The position numbers and the translations under genes are program-made. The notes below the pieces were generated by a model. That model saw nothing but the letters and a program-made list of their open reading frames with translations. It did no database searches and was not told where the DNA came from. Shown here one piece after another: positions 50,156 to 58,937 of a stretch of 64,000 bases of DNA. Source of the stretch: Calditrichales bacterium (lineage in GTDB: Bacteria > Calditrichota > Calditrichia > Calditrichales > J004); assembly GCA_965267575.1 (NCBI GenBank), contig OZ254086.1, positions 2,439,805-2,503,804 on the forward strand, in the 5' to 3' direction. Within the stretch, counting starts at the first letter, position 1; the number at the start of each line of letters is the position of its first letter.

Positions 50156-50730
50156 GGACAAAACGAATAAACCGGTAAAATATCTGTCCAAAGATTTAAT
50201 CGTTTATTTTGACGAATCGAGTCTGTCCCGAAGGGACGCAATATGGGTAGACTAGGAGGTTTTCGTAATCTCATTCTGTGCCGTCAGGTACAGCGCAAAA
50301 GCGGACCCAATAAATATGTGTGGAGAATTTGAAGTGTACCGATGGCACACCCGGATACATGTTTGCGTGGCCGGTTACCTATGTATTGTCCCTTCGGGAC
50401 ACACCTGTATTTCAATAGTAATGATCTTTCCCGTCCCGAAGGGACATAATATGGGTAGCGCATGGCGTGATTGATTAAACCCGGTTTGTACCTTCAGGTA
50501 CAGTACAAAAACGGACCCAATAAATCTTTGTGGTCAATTTTAAAGCGTACCGATGGTACGCCCGCATCTATATTTACTTGATGTGCCTACCTATGTGTTG
50601 TTCCTTCGGGACACTACTTTATGTTTGAGGTTTGATTGTTGTGATGCCAATATTTCTATCCCGTCCCGAAGGGACATAATATGGGTAGACAAGGAGGTTA
50701 ATTTAACCCGACCTGTACCGTCAGGTACAA
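49762..50730 (+). repeat. REP-like array upstream of the Y1 transposase gene: four units, each of four hairpins (A, B, B', A')
   Basis: A = GCGTACCGATGGTACGC-like (49762, 50093, 50334, 50545). B = CTACCYATGTNTTGTCCCTTCGGGACA (49801, 50132, 50373, 50585). B' = GTCCCGAAGGGACATAATATGGGTAGA (49937, 50225, 50433, 50663). A' = CTGTACCGTCAGGTACAG-like (49988, 50277, 50486, 50713). Confidence 0.8.
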
Positions 50731-51371
50731 CATTAAAGCCAGATGCAATGAAATTCGTCTAAATTATTCCTATATTTTCTCCATAAGACTCCCACGTAAA
50801 AAAAACAAAATTTTATCACAAACCTAAAATACACCATGGCAAACACCTATACCCAAATTCATATTCACACCGTCTTCGCTGTTCAAAATCGTCAAAGCCT
50901 GATCGCTGATACATGGGAAACTGACCTCTATAAATACATCAATGGCATCGTTAAAAATAATGGTCATAAACTGCTTCAGATTAACGGCATGCCGGACCAT
51001 GTGCATCTCCTGGTGGGCTTGCGACCGATCCAGGCATTGTCGGAGTTAATGAAATACGTAAAGCAGGATTCGTCCAAGTGGATCAACCAAAACCGTTTTG
51101 CTAAGGGGCGCTTTTCGTGGCAGGCCGGTTACGGAGCGTTTTCGCTGTCACGTTCTCAAGTGCCACAGGTGATAAGCTACATCAGGAACCAAAAAGAACA
51201 CCACCGCAAGAAAAGCTTTAGAGAAGAATACGTAGAGTTTTTGGAGCGAAGCGGGATTGAATATGATACGCAATATATTTTTAAGCCGATTGAATAATCG
51301 GGTGGCGTACCCTAGGCACGCCCGCTTCAGCATCTACATTTTGGCTACCCATGTGCCGTCCCTTCGGGACA
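50663..51371 (+). mobile_element. Putative minimal RAYT-bearing element: B'/A' hairpins, Y1 transposase gene, A/B hairpins (inverted termini)
   Basis: B' at 50663..50689 and B at 51343..51371 are reverse complements of one another and bracket the transposase gene. The same B'...B arrangement recurs without a gene as modules of about 180 bp. Confidence 0.55.
50836..51297 (+). CDS. IS200/IS605-like HUH Y1 transposase, REP-associated tyrosine transposase (RAYT)-type
   Basis: HUH motif PDHVHLLV (H55-V-H57, nt 50998-51006) and catalytic Tyr context VISYIRNQKEHH (Y115, nt 51178-51180). 153 aa. Flanked by hairpin repeats. Confidence 0.88.
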   Translation: MANTYTQIHIHTVFAVQNRQSLIADTWETDLYKYINGIVKNNGHKLLQINGMPDHVHLLVGLRPIQALSELMKYVKQDSSKWINQNRFAKGRFSWQAGYGAFSLSRSQVPQVISYIRNQKEHHRKKSFREEYVEFLERSGIEYDTQYIFKPIE

Positions 51372-51679
51372 TGTACCTGTGGTAATTGTCAGATTGGTTC
51401 CGTCTCGAAGGGACTTAATGTGGGTAAAATGGCGTGATTGATCAGACCCCGGTTTGTGCCGTCAGGTACAGTATAATAACGGATGCCCATGTATCTGTTG
51501 CGCGGAATTTTGTAGCGTACCGATGGCACGCTTGATACATATTTTATTGGCCGGTCTACCTATGTTTTGTCCCTTCGGGACATGCATGCGATACTTGTAT
51601 TGCTTGGTTCTGTCCCGAAGGGACATAATGTGGGTAGAATGGAATAAGCAATATCTTCCGGTCTGTGCCGTCAGGTACG
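51305..51679 (+). repeat. REP-like array downstream of the Y1 transposase gene: two A-B-B'-A' units
   Basis: A at 51305 and 51515; B at 51343 and 51554; B' at 51401 and 51612; A' at 51454 and 51662. Same orientation as the upstream units. Confidence 0.8.
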
Positions 51680-51808
51680 GAATAGAAAAAGGAAACCCGC
51701 CCAGTTTATCAATATATTTTTTCCAGATGACGCTGGGCAAAACATTAAAAACGTTTTATGGTGATCGAAATATTTTTAAATCCTTTTTGAATGATCTGAC
51801 GGTGAACT

Positions 51809-52672
51809 ATGGATGCACTAGATAAAGCAAAACTGAGCCTCCGTGGTCTGGCTACGGGTGACGCATTTGGAGAGCGTCTTGCCGGACTGGCCATGGAGTC
51901 TTTTGTGAAAACGCGCAAGCTGCCGGAGGGAATCTGGCGTTGGACAGACGACACGGCCATGGCCATCTCAGTTGTCGAAAATCTGCGCGACTTTGGATCG
52001 ATCAACCAGGATGAGCTGGCGCAATCCTTTGCAAAACGCTACCGCACCGATCGTTACCGTGGCTACGGTGCCGGCGTGCATCTTCTGCTTACACAACTCA
52101 GTGAAGGTGCCGATTGGCGTGCTGCCGCGCCCGCCCTGTTTGATGGCGGCTCCTATGGCAACGGCGCCTCCATGCGTATTGCCCCGTTGGGCGGCTACTA
52201 TTCCGGCAATCCGGAGAAGGCAGCACAAGAAGCGGCGAAATCGGCGGTTATAACCCATGCCCACCAGGAGGCGCAGGCCGGCGCGATGGCTATTGCTGTG
52301 GCTGCAGCCCTGGCCGCGACGCAACAAAAAATGGGCCGTAACCCCTTTATTGAGGCCGTTTTGGATTTTGTGCCGGAAAGTGAAGTGGCTTCTAAAATGT
52401 ATCTTTCACGGGTTATAGAAAAAGATAAAACCGCGTTGGCCGTCCAGGCGTTGGGCAACGGTTCGCGGATTTCGGCACAGGACACGGTGCCGTTTTGCGT
52501 CTGGTGTGCCGCCAATAACCTCGTTGATTATGAAGCTGCTCTCTGGCAAACGGTTTCCGGTGGAGGCGATCAGGATACCACTTGCGCCATGGTTGGCGGT
52601 ATTGTTGCTTTGTCCTGCGGCTCTATCCCGCAAAACCTGGCAAAACAGACCGAAGAATTGCCGGAGATATAA
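51809..52672 (+). CDS. ADP-ribosylglycohydrolase-family protein
   Basis: GLATGDAFGE...WTDDTAMA...GNGASMRIAPLG...GGDQDTTCAMVGGI matches the ARH/DraG metal-binding motifs. Confidence 0.85.
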   Translation: MDALDKAKLSLRGLATGDAFGERLAGLAMESFVKTRKLPEGIWRWTDDTAMAISVVENLRDFGSINQDELAQSFAKRYRTDRYRGYGAGVHLLLTQLSEGADWRAAAPALFDGGSYGNGASMRIAPLGGYYSGNPEKAAQEAAKSAVITHAHQEAQAGAMAIAVAAALAATQQKMGRNPFIEAVLDFVPESEVASKMYLSRVIEKDKTALAVQALGNGSRISAQDTVPFCVWCAANNLVDYEAALWQTVSGGGDQDTTCAMVGGIVALSCGSIPQNLAKQTEELPEI

Positions 52673-52687
52673 CGCACGGAGACATTT

Positions 52688-53161
52688 ATGAAACTGGATT
52701 ACCTCGCCAACCATACCGGCGCCATTGCAACAATCGCCAAATGGTACGTGGACGAATGGGGCCACCTGCCCGGGGTTAGCAGTATGGCTCAGGCTGAAGA
52801 TAACCTGCGGGCTTACCTGAATACGGATAAAATCCCCTTAATGATCATCGCAAAAGAGGGTGATGAAATATTGGGGGCGGCGCAACTCAAGTACAGGGAA
52901 ATGGATATTTACCCGGAAAAAGAACATTGGCTTGGTGGTGTTTACGTGGCCAAAGAACACCGCGGCAAAGGTATCGCTGAGAAGATTATCCTGGAAATCA
53001 TCAGGCAGGCGCAACGGCTGGGCGTGCACACGCTGCATCTTCAAACCGAAAACCTCACTGGCGGCCTTTACCGGCGCATGGGTTGGAGGCCCGTCGAACA
53101 GGTTCATTTTGATGGCAGGGACGTGCTGGTGATGGAAAAGTCCATAGCCCCATCATTATGA
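52688..53161 (+). CDS. GNAT-family N-acetyltransferase
   Basis: VAKEHRGKGIAEKIILEIIRQA is acetyl-CoA binding motif A. Confidence 0.8.
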   Translation: MKLDYLANHTGAIATIAKWYVDEWGHLPGVSSMAQAEDNLRAYLNTDKIPLMIIAKEGDEILGAAQLKYREMDIYPEKEHWLGGVYVAKEHRGKGIAEKIILEIIRQAQRLGVHTLHLQTENLTGGLYRRMGWRPVEQVHFDGRDVLVMEKSIAPSL

Positions 53162-53250
53162 TATGCTGGTTAGCCATCACGGTTTCATTTGAAACAATCA
53201 TGCCAATGTTCTATAATCCAAAAGCCCGACCAAAAAAATAAAAGGAAATT

Positions 53251-53388
53251 ATGAATAGAAGAAATAAAGCTGTCTCTCTCGGAGCCGGCGCAGGAATGAT
53301 CGCCGGATGGCTGGCAGGTAATATTGCGGCCGGCATGGTGCTGGGCGCTTTTGCGGGATTACTGGCGGACTATTTAAAAAACAAGTAG
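53251..53388 (+). CDS. 45-aa glycine-zipper-like miniprotein (below the ORF-track cutoff)
   Basis: MNRRNKAVSLGAGAGMIAGWLAGNIAAGMVLGAFAGLLADYLKNK, with an upstream AAGGAAA. Confidence 0.4.
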   Translation: MNRRNKAVSLGAGAGMIAGWLAGNIAAGMVLGAFAGLLADYLKNK

Positions 53389-53433
53389 AATCCATTTAAC
53401 AAAAGCTTATAGTAAACTATCCGGAGGATTAAG

Positions 53434-54033
53434 ATGAGAACACGGTTTCAAGCTGTGATTGTTGCCTTAAGCTTTATCGGTGCGCCGATTTTAATGTTGA
53501 TCACGGATACCCTTAATCTGCTTACGCCCGGTCAATATCAATGGTTTGCCTCGGTTACTTTTTGGTTTTCATTTTGTGCCTATGTTGCGGTTATAATGGG
53601 CATGGTCAAATTGTCCGGCGACACCAACCTGGCGAGCGTTGCCGCCATACTGGCCATCATGGGCACCTTGATCGGCATTACCATAATCGGAACATCCAGG
53701 GTCGGGATGTCGATGCTTATGCAAGGTATTGAAAAAGAAATGATAATGGCAGCCATGTACGAGCCCATCGTTTTCTTTACCAGCCGCGCGCCGGGGATTC
53801 TTTTTCCTGTGGGCCTTATCCTTTTGACTATAACTATGAAGAAAGCCGGCTCTATAAATACGGTTAATAGCGCTATTTTACTTGTAGGGATAATTCTCTT
53901 CCCGGTGGGCAGGATTCCTCAAATGGTGGGCTTCAATGTTGCCGGGGATATTTTGATGCTTATCGTTTTGGCACAGATTGGGCTTAACATAATTAAACGG
54001 CGCGTAGAGTTAGATACGGGCAGCGCGTCATGA
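53434..54033 (+). CDS. Multi-TM membrane protein, unknown function
   Basis: About 6 hydrophobic helices. GGAGGA RBS upstream. Confidence 0.55.
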   Translation: MRTRFQAVIVALSFIGAPILMLITDTLNLLTPGQYQWFASVTFWFSFCAYVAVIMGMVKLSGDTNLASVAAILAIMGTLIGITIIGTSRVGMSMLMQGIEKEMIMAAMYEPIVFFTSRAPGILFPVGLILLTITMKKAGSINTVNSAILLVGIILFPVGRIPQMVGFNVAGDILMLIVLAQIGLNIIKRRVELDTGSAS

Positions 54034-54578
54034 GTCCTTCCAATACTAAAACAAAAGTCGTCCAGCGTCTTTTTATTGCACAGATTGCACTGGTGATGAC
54101 GTTCACGCTGTTGACATTTCTCGCCTATTCCTGGCCGGAACGTATAGGTTCCTATTTCTTTGCGGCCATCCTGGGCTGTCTCGGCGGCAGCATCACCCTG
54201 TTGCGGCGTGTTAAAAAAGAAGCCGGCACGCTGGTGGAGGAAATGGCGGCCTCGTGGATTGCCACGCTGATGCCGCTGCTCTATGCCGGGCTGATGGCCA
54301 GCGTGGCCTACCTGCTTTTCATGTCGGGCATTGTTTCCGGGGACGGTGGCAACGGGCTGCTTTCCAGCAACCTGTTTCCAAATTTTACAAACCCAAATCC
54401 GGACGGTGCCGAATTGCTCTCCTTTAAACATGTGGCACAGATGCGCCCGGCCTCTTTACAGGATTTGGGCAAGCTGATGGTCTGGTGTTTCCTGGCCGGC
54501 TACTCGGAGCGCTTTGTCATCGGTATTTTAAAACAACTGGAGCGCAAGGGTGCGTCGTCGTCAAAACACGTTGATTAA
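54030..54578 (+). CDS. Multi-TM membrane protein, unknown function
   Basis: 4-nt overlap with the upstream gene. About 4 TM helices. Confidence 0.55.
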   Translation: MSPSNTKTKVVQRLFIAQIALVMTFTLLTFLAYSWPERIGSYFFAAILGCLGGSITLLRRVKKEAGTLVEEMAASWIATLMPLLYAGLMASVAYLLFMSGIVSGDGGNGLLSSNLFPNFTNPNPDGAELLSFKHVAQMRPASLQDLGKLMVWCFLAGYSERFVIGILKQLERKGASSSKHVD

Positions 54579-54584
54579 AAAAAT

Positions 54585-54617
54585 AGGACGGATGTTGGTT
54601 ATCCGTCCTGCTTTTTT
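54585..54617. terminator. Terminator hairpin between convergent genes
   Basis: AGGACGGAT-GTTGGTT-ATCCGTCCT followed by GCTTTTTT, with an A-run on the other side. Confidence 0.75.
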
Positions 54618-54633
54618 GTAATAATTTTTATAG

Positions 54634-57600
54634 TCAAACTGCCTCAGCGCCTGCACCTGCGGCAATGCCCTTATCCGCCATCTTAAACCACTTGACGCGT
54701 ATTTTGCGCGTGGCGTTTTCCACAACGATGTAAATAACAGGCACAACAATCAATGTCAGCACGGTGGCGATGGTCAGTCCGCCCATGACGGCACGGGCCA
54801 TCGGTGCCCAGCTTTCGCCGCTTTCACCGACGCCCAGCGCCAGCGGCAGCATGGCCATAATTGTCGTCATCGCGGTCATCAGCACGGGGCGCAGGCGGAT
54901 ACGTCCGGCCTCGCGGATGGCTTCAAACAGGTCACGTCCGCGGTTGCGCAATTGGTTTACATAGTCCACCAAAACAATCCCGTTATTGACCACAATGCCC
55001 ACCAGCATCACCATCCCGATCAGCGCCATCACGCTTAAGGCTGTTCCCGTGATCACCAGCGCTAAGGCCACTCCTATAAAAGACATGGGGATGGTAAATA
55101 TGATGATGAACGGCGACAGGAATGACTCAAACTGCGCCGCCATCACCATGTAGGTGAGCACAATGGCCACCAGGAAGGCCAGTCCCAAATACATAAACGA
55201 CTTCTGTTGCTCTTCGGCGGTACCGCCAATTTCCATGCGAAAATCGGTGGGTACGGCAACCCCGGCAATGGCTGTTTTCACGTCGTTGGTCACGCTTTGC
55301 AAATCGCGCCCGGCAATGCTGATGTTGACGGCAACCATGCGCTCCTGGTCCTCGCGTTTAATTTCCTTGGGCGCTGTGGTGTATTCAACGGTGGCAACGG
55401 AGCGCAGGGGTATCTGCCTTTGCATAGGCGTCATCAGCAGGATGTTTTCAATGTCGCTCTTGCTGGTGCGGGCTTCTTTTTCCAGTTGCACGCGGATGTC
55501 AAATTCATCGCCGCCTTCGCGGTAGCGCGTGGCAACGGTGCCCAGGATGCTGCTGCTTACCGCCTGTCCGATCTGCGCGGTACTTAATCCCAGATCGGAG
55601 ATGCGTTGGCGGTCCAGGTGCACCTGCAGCTCCGGCGATGATTCCTTGATGCTGCTTTCGGCGTGTACGACACCTTCAATCTTGCTCACCTTGTCGATGA
55701 CCTGTCCGGCGAGAGCCTGGCTCATATTCATATCATGGCCGAATATTTCCACGGCGATGTCCGAGCCGGTGCCAAACATGGCGTTGTTACCGCGGTCCTC
55801 AAAACGCGCGTCCACATCGGGCAGATTTTTGAATTTCTCACGAAGAGCATCCTGGATTTCATGCATGCCGCGTTCACGGTCGGAGAGATTTCGCAGGCGC
55901 ATGGTGATGTCACCTTCACTTGAACCGCGGCTGGAGAACAGCGCAAATATGCCCTCGCCCTGTCCGAATGTTGAGTAAACGATCTCCGCCTCAGTCACTT
56001 CTTCCAGGATGATTTCATTCAGCTGATGCATGCTCTTTTCCATGGCCGGCATGCTTGTACCCGGCGTGCGGTCCACGGCGATGGAGATAAAGCCCATGTC
56101 GTTTTCGGGGAAGAACTCGCCACCCATGTTGGCTACCAGCACAACCGAAAGCACAAACATACCAAGCGTGGAAAAGATGACCGTCTTACGGCGTTGAATG
56201 GCCCAGTCCAGCGCCACCGAATAACCGGCATGAAGATTGTCCAGTCCTGCCGTCACGGTTTCAGAGGTACGCCGGATCAGGCGGCTTTCCAGTGTCTTTT
56301 GGCGCATGGCCAGGAAGCGTGACGCCAACAAAGGGATAAATGTCAGGGCCACCAATAGTGACACACTCAGCGAGAAGACAATCGTAACCACCATATCGCT
56401 GAACAATTCGCCGGCGATACCGGGCACAAAAAGAACCGGAATAAAGACCGAAAGCGTGGTCAGCGTGGAGGCGGTTATGGCCATGGCCACTTCACCCGCG
56501 CCACCCGATGCCGCATCCCGCGGGGAAGCGCCTTCTTCACGGTGCCGGAAAATGCTTTCCAAAACCACGATCGAGTTGTCAACAAGCAGGCCGACAGCCA
56601 GGGCCAGCCCGGCCATGGAGATGATGTTGAGTGTCAGGTCGGCCTGGTACATAACGGCGAAGGTTACAATCAGCGAAATGGGAATCGACACCGCGACGAT
56701 AAGGGAGCTGCGCAGGTTACGCAAGAACAAGAGCAATACCAGTATGGTCAGCGCGATAGCCTGAAACGCCGTATTGCCCAGGTTGGCCATCGAGCGGTTG
56801 ATAAAAGTCGACATATCAATAATGGTATCGATGTGAACGCCCTGGGGCAGGGCCTCCTGGATTTCGGCGAGGCGGCTAGTTACTTCGCGGCACACCGTTA
56901 CCGTGTTGGCATCGGATTGCTTTTGCACCATCAGCATCACCGCCGGCTCGTTGTTGTTCCACACCTGGCTGCGCTGCTCGGCAAAGCCGTCTTCCACCCG
57001 CGCCACGTCTTTTACCTTGACCAGTTCAGTGCCCGTTGCCTTCACGCTAGTGTTCTCAATTTGGCTGATATTGTTAAATTCACCGATGGTTTGCAGGGTG
57101 AATTCCTGTTGGTTGTTATCGATCCAGCCTGACGGGAATTGCAGATTGTTGCTCTGCAGCGCGGCAATCAGATTGTTAATGGAGATGTTGTGGGCGCGCA
57201 TTTTGAGCGGATCGGCCAGCACCCTGATCTCGCGCTTCATACCGCCGGCGGTGAATGCCGAAGCCACGCCGGGAATGCGTTCCATGCGCGGCTCCACGTC
57301 TTTCTCGGAAATATTGCGCAGTTCCGCCTGGCCGTGCAGATCCGATGTGACAGCCAGGTAGAGTATAGGCTGCGATGAGGGGTCAAAGGCAAATACCAAC
57401 GGCTGGCTGATATCGTTGGGCAGGGCGTCGCGTATCAGTTCCATGTTATTGCGCACGTCGATCTCCGCCTGCTTCATGTCCGTGCCCCATTCAAATTCCA
57501 GCATCACCAGCGACATCCCTATCGTCGATGTGGAGCTTACTTTTTTAATATTTTCCACCGATGAAACCGTTTCCTCGATGGGCCGTGTGATGACGTTTTC

Positions 57601-57777
57601 AATATCATTCGGCCCCACGCCGGTGTACTGTGTAATTACCGCCAGCACCGGAAATTCCAGCTTGGGATAGAGGTCCACGTTTAGCTGCGACAGTGAAAAG
57701 AAGCCGAAGCCGACGGCAATCAGGTAGAGCATGGCCGTGGTGACGCCGCGCCGAATGGCTGTGTTGGTGATTTTCAT
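54634..57777 (-). CDS. RND efflux transporter permease (AcrB/HAE1-like)
   Basis: 1047 aa with a 12-TM AcrB architecture and conserved blocks (GLAVGLLVDNSIVVLESI, VMLVGIVVNNGIVLVDY). Confidence 0.95.
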   Translation of the reverse strand: MKITNTAIRRGVTTAMLYLIAVGFGFFSLSQLNVDLYPKLEFPVLAVITQYTGVGPNDIENVITRPIEETVSSVENIKKVSSTSTIGMSLVMLEFEWGTDMKQAEIDVRNNMELIRDALPNDISQPLVFAFDPSSQPILYLAVTSDLHGQAELRNISEKDVEPRMERIPGVASAFTAGGMKREIRVLADPLKMRAHNISINNLIAALQSNNLQFPSGWIDNNQQEFTLQTIGEFNNISQIENTSVKATGTELVKVKDVARVEDGFAEQRSQVWNNNEPAVMLMVQKQSDANTVTVCREVTSRLAEIQEALPQGVHIDTIIDMSTFINRSMANLGNTAFQAIALTILVLLLFLRNLRSSLIVAVSIPISLIVTFAVMYQADLTLNIISMAGLALAVGLLVDNSIVVLESIFRHREEGASPRDAASGGAGEVAMAITASTLTTLSVFIPVLFVPGIAGELFSDMVVTIVFSLSVSLLVALTFIPLLASRFLAMRQKTLESRLIRRTSETVTAGLDNLHAGYSVALDWAIQRRKTVIFSTLGMFVLSVVLVANMGGEFFPENDMGFISIAVDRTPGTSMPAMEKSMHQLNEIILEEVTEAEIVYSTFGQGEGIFALFSSRGSSEGDITMRLRNLSDRERGMHEIQDALREKFKNLPDVDARFEDRGNNAMFGTGSDIAVEIFGHDMNMSQALAGQVIDKVSKIEGVVHAESSIKESSPELQVHLDRQRISDLGLSTAQIGQAVSSSILGTVATRYREGGDEFDIRVQLEKEARTSKSDIENILLMTPMQRQIPLRSVATVEYTTAPKEIKREDQERMVAVNISIAGRDLQSVTNDVKTAIAGVAVPTDFRMEIGGTAEEQQKSFMYLGLAFLVAIVLTYMVMAAQFESFLSPFIIIFTIPMSFIGVALALVITGTALSVMALIGMVMLVGIVVNNGIVLVDYVNQLRNRGRDLFEAIREAGRIRLRPVLMTAMTTIMAMLPLALGVGESGESWAPMARAVMGGLTIATVLTLIVVPVIYIVVENATRKIRVKWFKMADKGIAAGAGAEAV

Positions 57778-58901
57778 TGCCGGCCTCCTTCCGCGGCGAT
57801 AACGGCCACCAACGTGCTGTCACGCAGGTTATTCTGCCCGGCCACAACAATGCGATCGCCGGCCTTGATGCCGCCGTTTACTGCCATGGAAATGTGGTTT
57901 ACATAGCTGACATCCAGCTTGGCACGCCGCGAATAATTACTGTCCACTTTAAACACATAGTAGTTGCGGACAACCTTTTCCTTACCGTTTACGCGCTCCA
58001 TGGTCGTGCTTTCCAGCGTGGCGTGGCGCGGCACCACCAGCACATCATGCAAGATAGACGTGGTCACTTCGACGTTGGCGAACATGCCTGGCTTAAGCAT
58101 GCCGGCTCGGTTGGGCACCAACACTTCCACCTCTGCCATCCGTGTCAGCGGGTCGAGTATCGGGCTGATCTTTACCACTTTTCCGGCGAAGACCGTATCG
58201 GGGTAAGCTTTTACTTTTACGTCAGCGCGCTGGCCAATAGCCAGTTTGCCCAGATCTTCTTCTGTGGCGTTAAACTCTATACGAACGCGTTCCATCTGCA
58301 CAATGCGCAGCAACGGCGCTGATGGCGTGGCCATGTCGCCGTTTTCAAAATAGCGTTTACCGATAATACCGCTGATCGGCGCGGTTATCAGGGCATCCTT
58401 AAACAGGCTGCCCGCGCTTTTAAAGGCGGCTTCGGCCTGTTCGGTTTGCGCTGCCGACGCCTCATACTGCGTTTTTACCGCATCGTATTGTTGTTTGCTC
58501 AGCGCGTCTTCTCCGTAGAGGCGTTCGGCCCGTTCAAATTCCAGCTTCAGGTTGCTCTGCTGCACGCGGGCGGCAAGCAGCGCCGCCTCGGCTTGTTTAA
58601 CACCCTGCTCGATGGTCCCCGCCAGGATGCGCGCCAGCGGCTGGCCCTTTTGAACGTAATCGCCCTCATCCACATAAAAAGTCTCTATGCGGTCAGCGAT
58701 CTTGGAAAAGACGTTCACTTCAAATTCAGCGCAAATATCACCGGTGTAGGAAAGCGACTGCACGATGTCGCCGCGTTTGACGGTCATGATTTCCACCGGG
58801 ACGCTCTCTTCGGCGGCGTTCGTTCCGCCATCAGACGCCTGGCAACTCCAGAGAGCGGCGATAGCGGCCAGGGCCAGTATAGTTTTGATCCACGTTTTCA
58901 T
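57774..58901 (-). CDS. RND efflux periplasmic adaptor (MFP), lipoprotein
   Basis: Lipobox ALWSC after the ATG at 58901 (GGAGA RBS). Barrel-sandwich hybrid and coiled-coil hairpin regions. 4-nt overlap with the RND gene. Confidence 0.9.
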   Translation of the reverse strand: MKTWIKTILALAAIAALWSCQASDGGTNAAEESVPVEIMTVKRGDIVQSLSYTGDICAEFEVNVFSKIADRIETFYVDEGDYVQKGQPLARILAGTIEQGVKQAEAALLAARVQQSNLKLEFERAERLYGEDALSKQQYDAVKTQYEASAAQTEQAEAAFKSAGSLFKDALITAPISGIIGKRYFENGDMATPSAPLLRIVQMERVRIEFNATEEDLGKLAIGQRADVKVKAYPDTVFAGKVVKISPILDPLTRMAEVEVLVPNRAGMLKPGMFANVEVTTSILHDVLVVPRHATLESTTMERVNGKEKVVRNYYVFKVDSNYSRRAKLDVSYVNHISMAVNGGIKAGDRIVVAGQNNLRDSTLVAVIAAEGGRQ

Positions 58902-58937
58902 TGTAATTCTCCACATTAAAGTGATTTTGTTTTCAGA

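Noticed and set aside
49762-51679. The regularly spaced repeats might be a CRISPR array.
   Set aside because: The repeats are four different hairpin types in a fixed order with inverted pairs. The period is about 210 bp rather than 60-75 bp, and there are no cas genes. A Y1 transposase gene sits inside the array, which fits REP/RAYT biology.
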